From the NCBI GenBank assembly GCA_051942165.1, contig JAVECS010000016.1:1-46464 (forward strand): 46,464 nt of DNA, written 5' to 3'. Both the position numbers and the translations under genes were made by a program. The DNA is from Circinaria calcarea (Eukaryota). Below, piece after piece: positions 24,295 to 36,222 of this stretch. Position 1 is the first letter of the stretch. The number at the start of each line of letters is the position of its first letter. The notes under the pieces are model-generated. The model had not been told where the DNA came from, did not search any database, and was given only the letters and a program-made list of their open reading frames with translations.

Positions 24295-26227
24295 ATGACT
24301 GAGCCTATGACAGAGAAGGTAATCCATCGACCGTGTTCTGTTTATCATGACCTCTAGCTCAACAGCATCTCAGGCACCAGTAGACCGGACTGACTACGAA
24401 GGCCTTCAGCTGGACACAAGAGCCAAGGATGAGACCGAGAAGCACCTCGATGCCGAGCCGGAACTGGAGAGCCCTCAGAGTCCGGAGCAATGTCAGGTTG
24501 ATTGTCTCGATGAGAAGGCAATCATTGCCCAGAGAGAAGCCGAGGAAGGGAGGAGGTCCAGGGCGGCGATGACGACTGTCGAAGAAGCTCAAAGTCCATT
24601 GACTCCCAGGGTGGAACATCTGAGCCATAACGGATTGGAGGCAGTGATCCCAGCTACCCAACCTCGAGTACGACGAATCTGTGGTTTACGGCAAAAGCAT
24701 TTTCTGATCAGTTTTGTCCTGATCTTGGCCATTGTCATCCTTGCAGCTGTACTGGGTGGAGTTGCTGCGAAAGTCAGGCGCGACTCGGGGGCAGTTTCGG
24801 CTGCTGGCACCACACCTTCGACGCCTACTGGACCAAGTAATGGGTCAAGTAATGTTCAACCACAGTGCGTTTACGATTAGCATTGTCTTTATTTAACTTA
24901 CGGTACTTCTGACACTCTTCAAATTCTAGGGGAACCGATGTTATGGTTGACTCGCCGCTCCAACTGGTATCTTACAACAACAGCGCCCAGCAGGCAATCC
25001 GAATATATTATCAATCCGCCAACAGAGAGATCAGAGAGTCACAGAGTAATGGAGGGTCGCCTCCCTCTTGGTTACCTGCAAAGTAAGCACGCTCTCCTCT
25101 CCGTGCGCTACTACCTCTGATTAAAAGATAGACCTATTTTCACCGACGCCATAAACAATACCGGCTTAGCAACTATTACGTACATGAACAATTCTGTTCC
25201 CCAGGTCAGTGCATCCAGAGAGTTTCAGATGACTTGAATCTCATGTGATTCTACAGTCAGGCATCTTTTATGTTGGTTCAAACGGCTACATCCAGGAAAA
25301 GAGAAATTACGCTAGCTTGACGACTTGGGAGCCTGGCACCATCAACACCATTTCCTTAAGGGCAGTAATTACACCACTGGGCGATAGCATTAGCGAAGAT
25401 TCACAGGGCAATATTTGGGACAGCCTTCGTATGGCAGCTGCGTATTCAGCAGATTTCTATGGCGGACCTCAAGCCCGCTTATTCTATCATAGCCAGGCTG
25501 ATGATGGGACCCGTTTTTTGCAAGAGATGATCTGCACACACAGAAATGACTCGTGGAGATATGGCGCTACCTTGACGTCCCCATCGGTGAATTCTCACCT
25601 GGCTGTGACTGTTGATTCCGCCACCCAAACGTTACGTCTTTTCTACTCGGCCGGTAACCTGACCTTACAGGAATCGTGGTTGAACATATCCCAAGCAGGT
25701 GCAACCTGGCAGACAGGTGAGTTGGCGATTGCCTATTCATTCATTTACCCTGGCACACAGCATACTGAGATGAAACCTACGCAGGTATCAGTATCCCCAA
25801 TATGCTCGCCCGTGACGACGCCAATCTCGCGGCCGTTTCAGTGGGAGGCTCTACACTTGTTTATTATTACGCGCCACCCGTGGACGGGGTCATCTCAATT
25901 CGAGAACTGAACTTGACCGGCACTCCCGGCACCCCGGCCTACAAGAAGAATGGCGAAGGTTTTAATGTCAAATCCCTCCCTGTCGTTGCGCAGCCTCAGC
26001 TCGTGACGGATGGGGTCCCCTCCCTCTATCAACCGCTAGGAGCCGCAGTCTCCACTCTCACCACCTCGGAACCACAGGTCTATGTATTCTGGGCGGAGCA
26101 GAATATGAGCCCCAACAGCGGCTACGGCACGCTGAAAACGGTGTCGCGGTACGTGGACGTCGGGTGGGTGTCGAGTAGCGTAGGAGCCGGCAGCGGGCAG
26201 GTGACGCTCCCGATCCAGAGCGAATAA
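24295..26227 (+). CDS. Single-pass membrane protein with extracellular fungal fucose-specific-lectin-like (AAL/FleA-type) beta-propeller, 6 exons
   Basis: Introns 24319-24373, 24865-24929, 25083-25131, 25205-25256 and 25717-25784 keep one frame. TM segment FLISFVLILAIVILAAVLGGVAA, S/T/P linker, then repeated blades QAIRIYYQS..REIRES, GIFYVGSNGYIQEK, PQARLFYHS..LQEM, TLRLFYS..LQESW, STLVYYY..IREL, PQVYVFW. Confidence 0.75.
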
Positions 26228-29200
26228 CTGCTTACCTTTAATGGTCCGGGGCGGCGTTTTTGGTGAAGGGGCGTTTTAGATGGCCAGGGGGCTTATTGCC
26301 ACCGACCGATGCTCATGTAGATTAGACCGGGCAAATACCCATTTAACTCGTCGGTTGAGGCGGCCTTGGCATCATGCTGCTATATGGCGGTCATTATCAT
26401 CATGTACATGTATCACGAGGCAGCAAACGCTTCTACCGCTCTCCAAATATGCCTCTTTTCTACGTGACAGGCCGCCGCATTCCATCCCCGTTTCATTCTA
26501 CCGCAGTTTCGCCCCCGTCGGTCTTGCTTACGTTTTTGCTTCTCTAGTGAAGCAGGAACCTTTATTCATTGATCGACTTTCACGACACCATCGCAGTCGG
26601 TTCGAGGAAGGGCCCTTCGCCTGTTGAAACACACGCAGCCACAGTCAAACGACCATCACTTTTCCTTCACACCCTTCCGGTATTGGTGGCCCCCCTCCTC
26701 CTTCCTCCCTCGACCTGCAGCCCGCCCAGCCGTCATACTCAAGTCCGGAGCTAAGCATGTCGTGTGACACGAGATGGAAAGGTTCCGCTCCGGTATCATA
26801 CAGTCCCACGCCAACTTTATCTTTCCTGCTTATTCCACCTATTCCAACCCCCACTGCCAAGTTCCCTATCGCGCGAGGCTAGCCTCCTCCAATGATCATC
26901 CTCGGTATTACTAGTAGACACCCATGCCCGCGGCGACATCAGGCGCGGCAGACTTCGGTACTCTCCATTCTAGAAACACACCGCACCTCCTTCCGAGGCC
27001 TTAGCCTCATGTCGTGTCTCTATCTTCCTTAGGCCTCTTCCATCACCCCCAAGCCCCCATCGTCTACGAGACCATATTGTTGGCCGGCCACCTTCACCAG
27101 CTGCCAGCGCACATCGCTCTGCTTGACTGGACTAAGAGCAGAAGGCTGCGAGAGCCCCGGTCTAACACATCAGCCAACTCCAGAGGGAAAATGCGTCCGA
27201 GACCGCCGATCTTCTCGGCTTTGCTCTCTTCCAAGCGGTGATCGAATCGCCAACTGTTGGAAGATATGGGAAACATGTGAGCTGAACAAGGAGAGACCAA
27301 CGGAAATCGGGAGAGGGGGGGCTCTGACATCGATGCCAGTTTGAACATGTATGACCGGTGGTGTCCTACTTTTCGTTGGACGTCTCTAGCCAAAAGATGA
27401 ATCTTGACGTCCTTCTGCGTCCAGTTGACAAAAATGACTCGCTGAGTCCTGCCATTGCCTAAAGTATACCTAGAATAGCAAGTCGGACAATACACCTTGG
27501 GTACCGTAGCTCGGATAGGGAAAGCAGCCGCCATCCCATGTCTCGTGTGTTTCTGGATAGACTATGGAAGTATTCAAGGACGGTTGGAAATCCTCACTCC
27601 TGCTCGAAGCCTCGGATCTACGACGAGACTTAAGATGTTATAGGTCTAGATTAGGACACGTTCCGTTTCTTCAAGGCCGTGATTTGGGGGCGTAACTGAT
27701 TTGTTGCCATATCTCATCGTTTTGGCTTGCTCCAGGTCCAGCGGAGTTATGCAAGGCTTCTAGAATCCATAGTACCTTGAATGAACCTCACAGGCGAGTT
27801 GTCAATTCTACTCCCTAAATTCTATGATCCGCGTCGCTGGCACTTCCAAGCCCCTCCCTACCTAATCTTATTGCGATTTACCGTGTACCAACTACTCTTG
27901 TTATAATGATGTAAGTAATCAGTATTGATACATGCCAAATACAACTTTTCTTTCAGCACTTCCACCTTCCTCAAACATTCTGGAGATGAACCCCCAAACT
28001 CAGTGACAGCCTTCACCTGGATTATTTCATGTTCAGGCTCACCACTTGGCTCCCTGAACAAACACAGAAGCCGGGGAATCTACCCCTCGGTGACGTTCTT
28101 CGTTGTTGGGAGAGAAAGGAATGAGGTCGAGGCATCGAACAAGAGAGCCATAATTAAATAACTGAAGTCAGTGCGCAAAGCCCGCGTTCAGACCTAATCC
28201 CATGGGATCTATCGAGACTCTTTGATTGTAACTTGACAGAAAGTGGAGACAAATGAGGGATGAAGCCGTTGATTCTCGTTGTACCATCACACAACCCCTT
28301 ATGCGAATAGAAGCAGAAGTGACTTATCTAGCATATTGAACACTTCCCCCATCCCACCGACTTTACACGTTCTGCCCCTTACATCTTGTAATCTTACCGT
28401 GAGAGCATACAGCCTCACTAGCAATGGCATCCGGAAAACGCAAAATCATCCCTACTGTCATCCGCGTGGATGATCTTCGCCACCAGAATGCTCTCCCGCC
28501 TTCCCTAATCAACTCTCCCTCTCGCCCCCGCTACCCCTTTTCTTTCCTTCTCCCCTTCTTCTTTCCCCTCCACCTGGCAAAAACATCTCCAGCGAAATCC
28601 CCCATCCTCCGCCTCTTTTTCGATCCCAACCCTGGCCCCATCACCCCTCACCAGCCACGGAACCCTTTACCCTCCCCCCCAATTCTACCCTCTCTCCACT
28701 CCATGATAGATGGCCTACATGTCATGGTGGCGGCAATCCACCTCCCACCACGGACACACACGTTCGAGCTCTGCCGCCTCGGCTCTTGCTCTCGGAGTGA
28801 TGTTGCCCCGATGCCCTGCTTTTGGCAGGTGACGCGGCCCCGGGGGGGGATCACGGGGGGCTAGATGTGTGGAAAAGCAAGGGGGAGTTTGGGGAAAGGA
28901 GAGAGGGATCAAGGGCGGGAAGGTGAAAGGGGGGCAAGGAGATCGAGGGTGGAGGGACACCGAAAGGGAAGAGGTTAGAGAAGGAAAGGCGGCGAGGGAT
29001 TAATCAATACCTTCGGGCCTAGCACCACGTCTTTCGTACAAGTTCACCAGAGATATACGCCGAGCACTATACCTATCTACCCGATATATCATCCCTCCTA
29101 CCCGGACGCTACATCTCCCAAATCCCCACTCTGTCCGACGATTCGCCGCATATACACGTTTTCGCACACTGTTGCATCCAAGTCCCTCGCCGGACGGTTT

Positions 29201-29509
29201 CGATAAACAGCCAAAGCACGTCATAAAAGGGAAAGAAAAGGCAGACATTCTCGTATACATCATCATTCGTAAAAGACCAAGGAGAATTCCCGTATTTCAG
29301 CGGCAAGGAAACAGATAGCCAAAGACAAGGGGGCCAAGCGCCGTAAACGCCCCCAAATCGTGCAGCAAAACAATCCAGAGATTAAGCGACGTAACCTCCA
29401 ATGTCCCCTCTTCCCACCGTCCCCAAGATCCAATGTTCCGTGACCTACCGATTATTCAAACGCCCCTATTCCAGTCAATAAACCTGCGAACACCTTCTCC
29501 GTCGTCCCC

Positions 29510-32500
29510 TCAATCTTTAATCATCTCAATCTTGGCGTGCAACTCGGTATCCAGGAAGTTATAATAAGGATCTACCCTGCAAAACGGATGCCTCACCAGA
29601 AGCGTCTCCGCCGTCGGCCTCTCACTCGGGTCAATGGTGAAGCAATCCAACATGAAGGCGACGGCCTCGGCCGAAATACTGCTGCTCACGTCGTCGGGAA
29701 TGGGCGGTGCTTGATTAAGACTGCCCAGTTTGTAGATGGCCCCAATCGGCTCTTCCTTACTCCAGGGCCGGCGACCGGCAAACATTTCGAGGACAACGCA
29801 GCCGAGCGACCAGATGTCCACCTTGGCGCTGTAGCCCTGGCCTTGCGACCGGATGACTTCGGGCGCCATCCAGAAGACGGAACCTTGCATGCTGTAGGTG
29901 ACGTCATTGCCATAGATGTTGTCACTCCGCTTGGAGATGCCGAAGTCGGAGATTTTGCAGGTGCCATCCAAATCGAGGAGGATGTTGTCGGCTTTGAGGT
30001 CCCGGTGCAGGATACCTTCGGTGTGCAGGTAGGCAAGCCCGGCAAGCGTTTGCCGAGTAAGAGAGCTGACGACGCTCTCTTCGAACTTGCCGTGTTTGCG
30101 CAGGCAGCTACCGACGCTGCCGCCGGAGATGTACTCGAGGAAGATGGAAATGGAGTATTCTTTGCGTTCGCAGCCAAGATACTGGACAATGTTGGGGTGT
30201 TCCAGATGCTGCATCGTGTCGATTTCTTGGTCGAGGGCGCCGACGAGTTCTTTGATTTTGTCCTTGTCCTGGCCGGCAACTTTGGGGTTGACCTCGACTT
30301 GCTTGATTGCGAGAAACTCACCGTTGGTTGCATTGATACCCAGGTACACGCGTCCATATGTACCTTTGCCTATCATCTGACCTCGGAGGATCCTGAAGGT
30401 ATCTCGACGCTTCGGCTTCGATGGCTGTTCCCGCTGGACAGCATCGATCAGGCTCATTCGACTGCCTCGGCCAGGATTTATTTGTACAATGTTGGCACCA
30501 AACATCTTGGTGCTTTTGCGACGCACAATGTCACCTCCTGATTTGCTGCCTGTAGATGCCTTGGGATTACGCCGGCGCGAATGATTGGCACCCCTTGCTA
30601 CTTCACGTATAGACTTCATGCGGCCCAGGCCTCCAGACCTCCGGATGTTCCGTTGAGCAACAGATTGTGCAACTGACATGTTGGTTGCGATACTCTTGAG
30701 TGTCGAATCCTGAGAGCCTAAAGTATCTGGTTCTTCCGCGATAGCCTCCTCGGCTATGGACATCGGACGACCATAATCATGATACGATGACTTTGCTTGT
30801 TTCTGAGCTTGCATCGACACAGCGGTATCCATTGGGTTCTGGTCAACACCAGACATTGGGGATGCAGGGGGCGAGCCTGCCTGATCTTCCAGGACGGGCT
30901 GATCAAGGTCGATATTAGGGAAGTACGCATCAAGATTATCGAGCAAAGCCTCCATTGGCGGACGATTAGCCCAGACGTCGTCTCGGGCAAACGAATCCCT
31001 CCGCCCCAGTCCTCCCGATTTGGCGTCTGGGGATTGTGCAGAAGCGACAGTCGAAGTAGCCGAATCCGGAATGGGCCGCTCGGATTTGGAAAGCATGAGA
31101 TGGCCCTGTTCATCGAGGTCTGGCGTGTCGGACGATTGGGCAGTGGAGATACTCGTCGATGTCTCTGGCGTAGCAGCCCAGGTGACAGACCTGCCCTTGG
31201 CCCGACGCGCATTTGTATCAACGTTGAGAGTCGGTCTCTGCTGGGGATTAGATACAGTGGTCTTTGCAAGAGGTTTGGCAAACAAGCCATCGTCCGAGTC
31301 ATCATCGGATTCCTGCGTCAACACCGGCGTCCTTGCAAAAGTAACCTCGCTTTCTTTGAACGTGAAAGCAGGCCCGTAGGACCGCCGAGACATGAGCGAA
31401 GGTTTCCGGCCGGGTGGAGCTTCCGAACTTGGACTTATCGCTGGAGAGGGACCACGTTTGGGCATCTCAAAAGATGGCTTCTTGGGCATTTGGAGCGACA
31501 GAGAAGGTCTTCGTGGTTCCTGGACTTGCTCTGGGCCTTCTTCATAGTCAGGTATTTTAAAGACCATCTTGTTTTTCCCGTTGGTGAAACCAGGACTTCG
31601 GGGAGACCCACCTGGACTACTTCTCCTGGAACCGGTGGGACCAAAATCCACAGACTGTAGGGCGCGAGGTGGTCTGCCGTTACTCCCATCAGACCCTCCA
31701 GAGCGGGGAGAGACAATGCTGGAGAAGTTGCTGGAGCCTGAATCTGGTTTGCTAGGTGCTCCGATGGCCGTGGTCACGATTCCGGCGCCTATCAACGCAG
31801 AGCTAATTCCAGCAGCCACTGTTGGCGTGGGTATCACTGCTTTACGTCTTCCTCTTTCAGATGTCTCCTCAGGTATGGGTTCGCCAAGCGAACGGCGATC
31901 GCCGCTATCATTCTGACCTAACATCGGTTTTCTAACCCTCTCACCTGGCTTTTTGCTTAACGAGTTCGCTCTGGTTAATGTGCTCGATTCGGTAGGGGCA
32001 GGCGGCGGCTTTCTGGAGGGTATGAGAGTATCTGGCTTCTTGGGAGGGATCATAGTCGCAAACTTCTTGTCCTCATAAGGGGAGTCCCTCCGAGCATCAA
32101 AATCAATGACGCCGTCCCTCTTGATGCCCCAGGTTCCTGAGTCCGTCGGGGATTCTTTTCTGAGCTTTGTTTGTCTTGCCTCAAGATATGCTTTTTGTTT
32201 CTTCATGACCTCCCGACGATACACTTCAACGGCTGCGTCAAGTGATGCTTCTCGATCGGCTTCTGATATAGTTTCACTGAGCTGACTAGCATCGACTATT
32301 CTCAAACGCTCTTTTATCGCTTCCACCGTAGGACTACTGGTGCCCATATGCGGACTTCCGTTCGCAGACACACTTGACGGGAAAATTCCGTCAATTGCAG
32401 GACTGATACTGGCCTTCAGTGGTCCTTGCCGTGCGCTCATCGGGGGAGAATTTGAGCGGTGTGGACCGTGCGAAGTTACTCGTGGAAATCTATCTTCACT

Positions 32501-35440
32501 CAATGCTTTTCTTGATACAACGCTTCCAGCCGGTGGAGATGGTAAAGCTTTGGGCGAATAGTCATAGAGTCCTAGACCTGTTGATATAGGGGCAGGTACC
32601 GAAATCGCTGATGGGGGTGAAACACTGCGACGCACAAAGAATTTCAGCGAACCTTTGTGATCAGCTCTTGTACGCTTACACAATGTTAACATGGTATCTG
32701 TCAATATTTCTTCGTGGTCTGTTTGACCTGCTTCAGTTAGGTAAATCTGAGCGCTATCGCTGTCTGGCATATTGAGAGCCTGGCAGATTTGTTCGCGCAA
32801 GGCTTCAGGTGTGTCGACATATGTGATATCGATGAGACGATAATTGTATCTGTCAGGAGTAGCAAATATGTACTTCTTCTCCGAGCTTCCTCGCGTCGGT
32901 GCTCGACCACGGAACCCAAATTTATCTTGCTCCGCCATTGTGGAAGTAGAAGATGGCCTATCAAGGGAAGTATCGCTGTTATTCATATTTGGCCGGGCGA
33001 ATGGCAGATTAGGGGGCAAATGCCGGTAGTAGGTTGGGCTCGTGGGTGAATCAGGGTTCTGATCGTCAAGCAACGGATGCGCCTGATCATCTTTCTTGCG
33101 TTTCCGGAACTTTTCGAAAAACCCTTTACTATGTTCTTTTAATGTGCTCGGAGCCTCACTACTTACTTGACGCCCGGTGGTTTCCAGAAATGGCGGTCGT
33201 GGGGACTCTGGAGTGCCGCGTTTAACATCGGGAGCTCGGCCAGCAAGTGCGAGCTCACCTAGTGCACCTCCCATCAAACCACGCAGTGCGCCGGTGGCGG
33301 AATTGGTAGTATTCATCGATGACACTGATTCAGTGCTGTTACTCTTATGATGACTGAAGCGACCTGGTGGTGGAGCTACGAGAGCTCCGTTCCCAATTGA
33401 CGGCGATAGTGTAGCGTGCTGGATTGCAGGACTGCCGTTTTGAGGACTGGTATCGTGACTGGGCCGTAAGGCATCGCCGCGAGATCCAGGACCTGTGAAT
33501 GTATGGCTCGTCCCTGCTTCACTCGAATTGCTGGGACTGTGGCGCTTCGAAATCGTATCGTTGATGTCTCTGAGTATGCCACGGGTGTACCCGCTACGAA
33601 CATGAGAATGCTGACCCATTTCCGTGATACTTGGCTCACTGGCGTTCGCCTTGGAGATGTTGTAGACGGAGAGCGTACTGCTCCTAGGGCTTGACGCTGT
33701 TCGATTTCCCATGCCCATTCCCGGCCCGTAAGTCCTGAAGTGCATTTGACCTCCTGGACTGTCATCACCGCCACCAGCAGTACTGGGAGTGTTTACGAAC
33801 CCGTCTAACCTGCTGAGATTTGGCGAACTTTCTAGGGCTCCGTCGGTCGAGGCACTAGCCAGGAGCTGCGTCGATGCTCGTCGATTGTGGATGATTTTCC
33901 CGTCCTCGGTACCACTTGCCTCCGCAATCCTCCGGATCAACTTCCGCATGCGCTTTCCTTCCTCTCGTTCCCTTCCCTGATCCCACACGGTCCCGTTTTT
34001 GGTGCATTCCTGTGCCAAAGTTGGAAAGACTATATTATGCATCATTCCAAGGTTACCTCTACCATTGTTTGCACGGCCGAGCTCAAGGAAGCTGGCACCC
34101 TGTATGTCAAGAGTCCGAAAGGTTTCTTGCCAATCGTTTGAGAAACCGTTGGCAGCAAGCCATATCAGTACTCGATCGATCGGCCATTGCAGCATCGGAT
34201 CATTGGGAGATAACGGAGTGGTAGAGTTGTTGCTAATACTACGACGATGGCTACCAGTTTTAGTGGTCTCTTGGCTTGCACCTCCTTTAGGAGTCTGATT
34301 CGATGCATTATGCTTCGTCACCGTAGGTGGCCCAGGCGAGATGTATTCGTGGATGTCTCGAACTGGGGGATTGAACTGGTGGTGTCTAGTCAGGGGCGTT
34401 TGAGGTACATCAGTATTGGTGGGATACCTTTCGTCGTACCCAGGGATTTGCCCGCCGGGCGAATCAATAGGGCCAGAACCACTAATAAATCTTTGACTCG
34501 ATGGCATAGTAGACTCTGCGCTGGTATAGAAGTCAGGTTCAGTACCTTTACTGAAATTTGCCTGTTGATGTGAGTGGAGCGGTGGAATACCGACGCCGGG
34601 CCCAAACGACTCCCCAAATGGTATGTACGTGGCCGAGGTCAGTGGTTGGCCTTCATGTGAAGCCTGGTCCGGGTGAGACGAGCGGGAGATCGTCGAAGCT
34701 GAAGTTGGGTGTTGGTTTTGATATACATGATGGGGGTTGTATGGGGTGTGAGACGTTGCGGAGTGCGCTATATTGATCGGGGGAGGGGGGGGAGGAAATG
34801 CGGGGCGACCCCATGCTTGTGACATCCAGCTCGCAGAAAGGCCATGGTTACTTCCCGGAAATGGTCCTGGAGGCGGAGGTAGAACCTGACCAGCATAAGG
34901 TGTCGGAGGTAGGCGTGGTGGTGGCGGTGGTAGAGACATCATAGGAGTTTGTTGAGCCAGCGAGGCCGCAACTGGAGGTGGCCCTGGAATGTAGGGAGCC
35001 CTGGTATCCATGGCTTGAGCTGCCGAAGCATGCCTCTGGCCCTGCTGGTATCCTGCATTCATGTGAGGCCCTCCACCAACACGCGGGCTAGGGCGATGGC
35101 CGCTACTTTGCCCACCGCTGTGGTCGACAGCGGTGTTTGCCCTTGGTCGTTGCTGTTGCGCGCTATAGGCTGCGCCTCCGTTGGAGATTGGAGGGTAGGG
35201 AGAGCTCCCGCCTGAGCTAGGTGCTAGTAAGGACGAAGCGCCATAGCTGGGGACGTCGTTCAGAATGAGGTCATCCGGTATAAGGGACGATTGAGGCTGC
35301 TGGGAGTAAGGAGACGGTGACGACGTCGCAATCTGCTTGGGAGGGTAATCCGAGTTGTGGGAGCGTGCCGAAGATGATCTATGGCGGGTTGAGGTCATAT
35401 TCCGCCCAATCTGATGTTCACTCGCTGCACTCGACTTCAT
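29510..35440 (-). CDS. BCK1: Cell-wall-integrity MAPKKK Bck1/Mkh1
   Basis: Uninterrupted 1976-aa ORF. SAM-like WPIDRVLIWLAANGFSNDWQETF, DVWANRPP.E.L...LD.YFP, MKSIREVA and RRKSTKMFG motifs. STE kinase domain GKGTYGRV, HRDLKADN, DFG, MQGSVFWMAPE. The true start may be a downstream ATG. Confidence 0.96.
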   Translation of the reverse strand: MKSSAASEHQIGRNMTSTRHRSSSARSHNSDYPPKQIATSSPSPYSQQPQSSLIPDDLILNDVPSYGASSLLAPSSGGSSPYPPISNGGAAYSAQQQRPRANTAVDHSGGQSSGHRPSPRVGGGPHMNAGYQQGQRHASAAQAMDTRAPYIPGPPPVAASLAQQTPMMSLPPPPPRLPPTPYAGQVLPPPPGPFPGSNHGLSASWMSQAWGRPAFPPPPPPINIAHSATSHTPYNPHHVYQNQHPTSASTISRSSHPDQASHEGQPLTSATYIPFGESFGPGVGIPPLHSHQQANFSKGTEPDFYTSAESTMPSSQRFISGSGPIDSPGGQIPGYDERYPTNTDVPQTPLTRHHQFNPPVRDIHEYISPGPPTVTKHNASNQTPKGGASQETTKTGSHRRSISNNSTTPLSPNDPMLQWPIDRVLIWLAANGFSNDWQETFRTLDIQGASFLELGRANNGRGNLGMMHNIVFPTLAQECTKNGTVWDQGREREEGKRMRKLIRRIAEASGTEDGKIIHNRRASTQLLASASTDGALESSPNLSRLDGFVNTPSTAGGGDDSPGGQMHFRTYGPGMGMGNRTASSPRSSTLSVYNISKANASEPSITEMGQHSHVRSGYTRGILRDINDTISKRHSPSNSSEAGTSHTFTGPGSRGDALRPSHDTSPQNGSPAIQHATLSPSIGNGALVAPPPGRFSHHKSNSTESVSSMNTTNSATGALRGLMGGALGELALAGRAPDVKRGTPESPRPPFLETTGRQVSSEAPSTLKEHSKGFFEKFRKRKKDDQAHPLLDDQNPDSPTSPTYYRHLPPNLPFARPNMNNSDTSLDRPSSTSTMAEQDKFGFRGRAPTRGSSEKKYIFATPDRYNYRLIDITYVDTPEALREQICQALNMPDSDSAQIYLTEAGQTDHEEILTDTMLTLCKRTRADHKGSLKFFVRRSVSPPSAISVPAPISTGLGLYDYSPKALPSPPAGSVVSRKALSEDRFPRVTSHGPHRSNSPPMSARQGPLKASISPAIDGIFPSSVSANGSPHMGTSSPTVEAIKERLRIVDASQLSETISEADREASLDAAVEVYRREVMKKQKAYLEARQTKLRKESPTDSGTWGIKRDGVIDFDARRDSPYEDKKFATMIPPKKPDTLIPSRKPPPAPTESSTLTRANSLSKKPGERVRKPMLGQNDSGDRRSLGEPIPEETSERGRRKAVIPTPTVAAGISSALIGAGIVTTAIGAPSKPDSGSSNFSSIVSPRSGGSDGSNGRPPRALQSVDFGPTGSRRSSPGGSPRSPGFTNGKNKMVFKIPDYEEGPEQVQEPRRPSLSLQMPKKPSFEMPKRGPSPAISPSSEAPPGRKPSLMSRRSYGPAFTFKESEVTFARTPVLTQESDDDSDDGLFAKPLAKTTVSNPQQRPTLNVDTNARRAKGRSVTWAATPETSTSISTAQSSDTPDLDEQGHLMLSKSERPIPDSATSTVASAQSPDAKSGGLGRRDSFARDDVWANRPPMEALLDNLDAYFPNIDLDQPVLEDQAGSPPASPMSGVDQNPMDTAVSMQAQKQAKSSYHDYGRPMSIAEEAIAEEPDTLGSQDSTLKSIATNMSVAQSVAQRNIRRSGGLGRMKSIREVARGANHSRRRNPKASTGSKSGGDIVRRKSTKMFGANIVQINPGRGSRMSLIDAVQREQPSKPKRRDTFRILRGQMIGKGTYGRVYLGINATNGEFLAIKQVEVNPKVAGQDKDKIKELVGALDQEIDTMQHLEHPNIVQYLGCERKEYSISIFLEYISGGSVGSCLRKHGKFEESVVSSLTRQTLAGLAYLHTEGILHRDLKADNILLDLDGTCKISDFGISKRSDNIYGNDVTYSMQGSVFWMAPEVIRSQGQGYSAKVDIWSLGCVVLEMFAGRRPWSKEEPIGAIYKLGSLNQAPPIPDDVSSSISAEAVAFMLDCFTIDPSERPTAETLLVRHPFCRVDPYYNFLDTELHAKIEMIKD

Positions 35441-36222
35441 AACGAAAGCAGCTTCGGATCGCCGCCTTGCTCGCGTTGTGCTCAGGGCGGTCCATCAGCG
35501 CCTCGACCTATGTCGCATCAGTCATTGGAGCTTTGATAGCGTTCTTGTACTCTATCCCTACCTAAAGCGTGAGACACAAAGGATTCTTCCGCCGGAGAGC
35601 TTAATTGACCGACGTCTCAACGTCGGGTGCCTAATCCACCTCAAAAACCCCAAGTCAGATCAAGTCGGTGCCCAAGCACACCCTCCAGGAGAAAGACAGG
35701 ATGTCCGACGCCGATGTTCCAATATGACGGGTGGAATGCCGGCCTTTGGTCGTAGAACTCACACCCAGACCGTATTAGAACGGTCCGAATTTGACCGAAG
35801 GTATAAAAGATATTGGGCTTACTAGGCGCGGTCGACGAGGAGGAGATTCCCTTCAGCACAATTATACAATGGCAGTCAACAGCGACTACCACTGTTTCGA
35901 AATGTCCAGATTTCCTCTCATGTCCACCTTATTTTCGTACCACATCCGGACGCTGACTGTGGCTGGATGGGAGATGTCGCTAGACCTGCCAAGCGTGGGG
36001 CTGCCAGGCAAATACGAGTTACAAATTCATCAACCTTGGGATTTCTCAAATATTACAGGTAACTTTTTCTTCACATCATCCTACCGAAGCAGGGCAGGTG
36101 TTTCATTCCCATGGTATCAGTAATATTAACAAAAGCCCTTGGTGGTCGCTGAACCGGTGACCTGAGTTTGACTACCCCCAACCCAGGAAAACGCCGAGAG
36201 ACTTTCTTATCCATATCCTCTG

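Noticed and set aside
26230..28480. Short ORFs and a possible telomerase RNA locus in the lectin-BCK1 gap
   Set aside because: No recognisable protein and no TAACCCTAA-type template found on either strand.
28750..28780. GTTCGAG resembling a tRNA T-loop / B box
   Set aside because: The flanks do not form a T-stem and no cloverleaf can be built.
29537..30541. 334-aa plus-strand ORF and other long ORFs overlapping BCK1
   Set aside because: Antisense or alternative-frame shadows of a codon-biased conserved kinase domain; no independent protein features.
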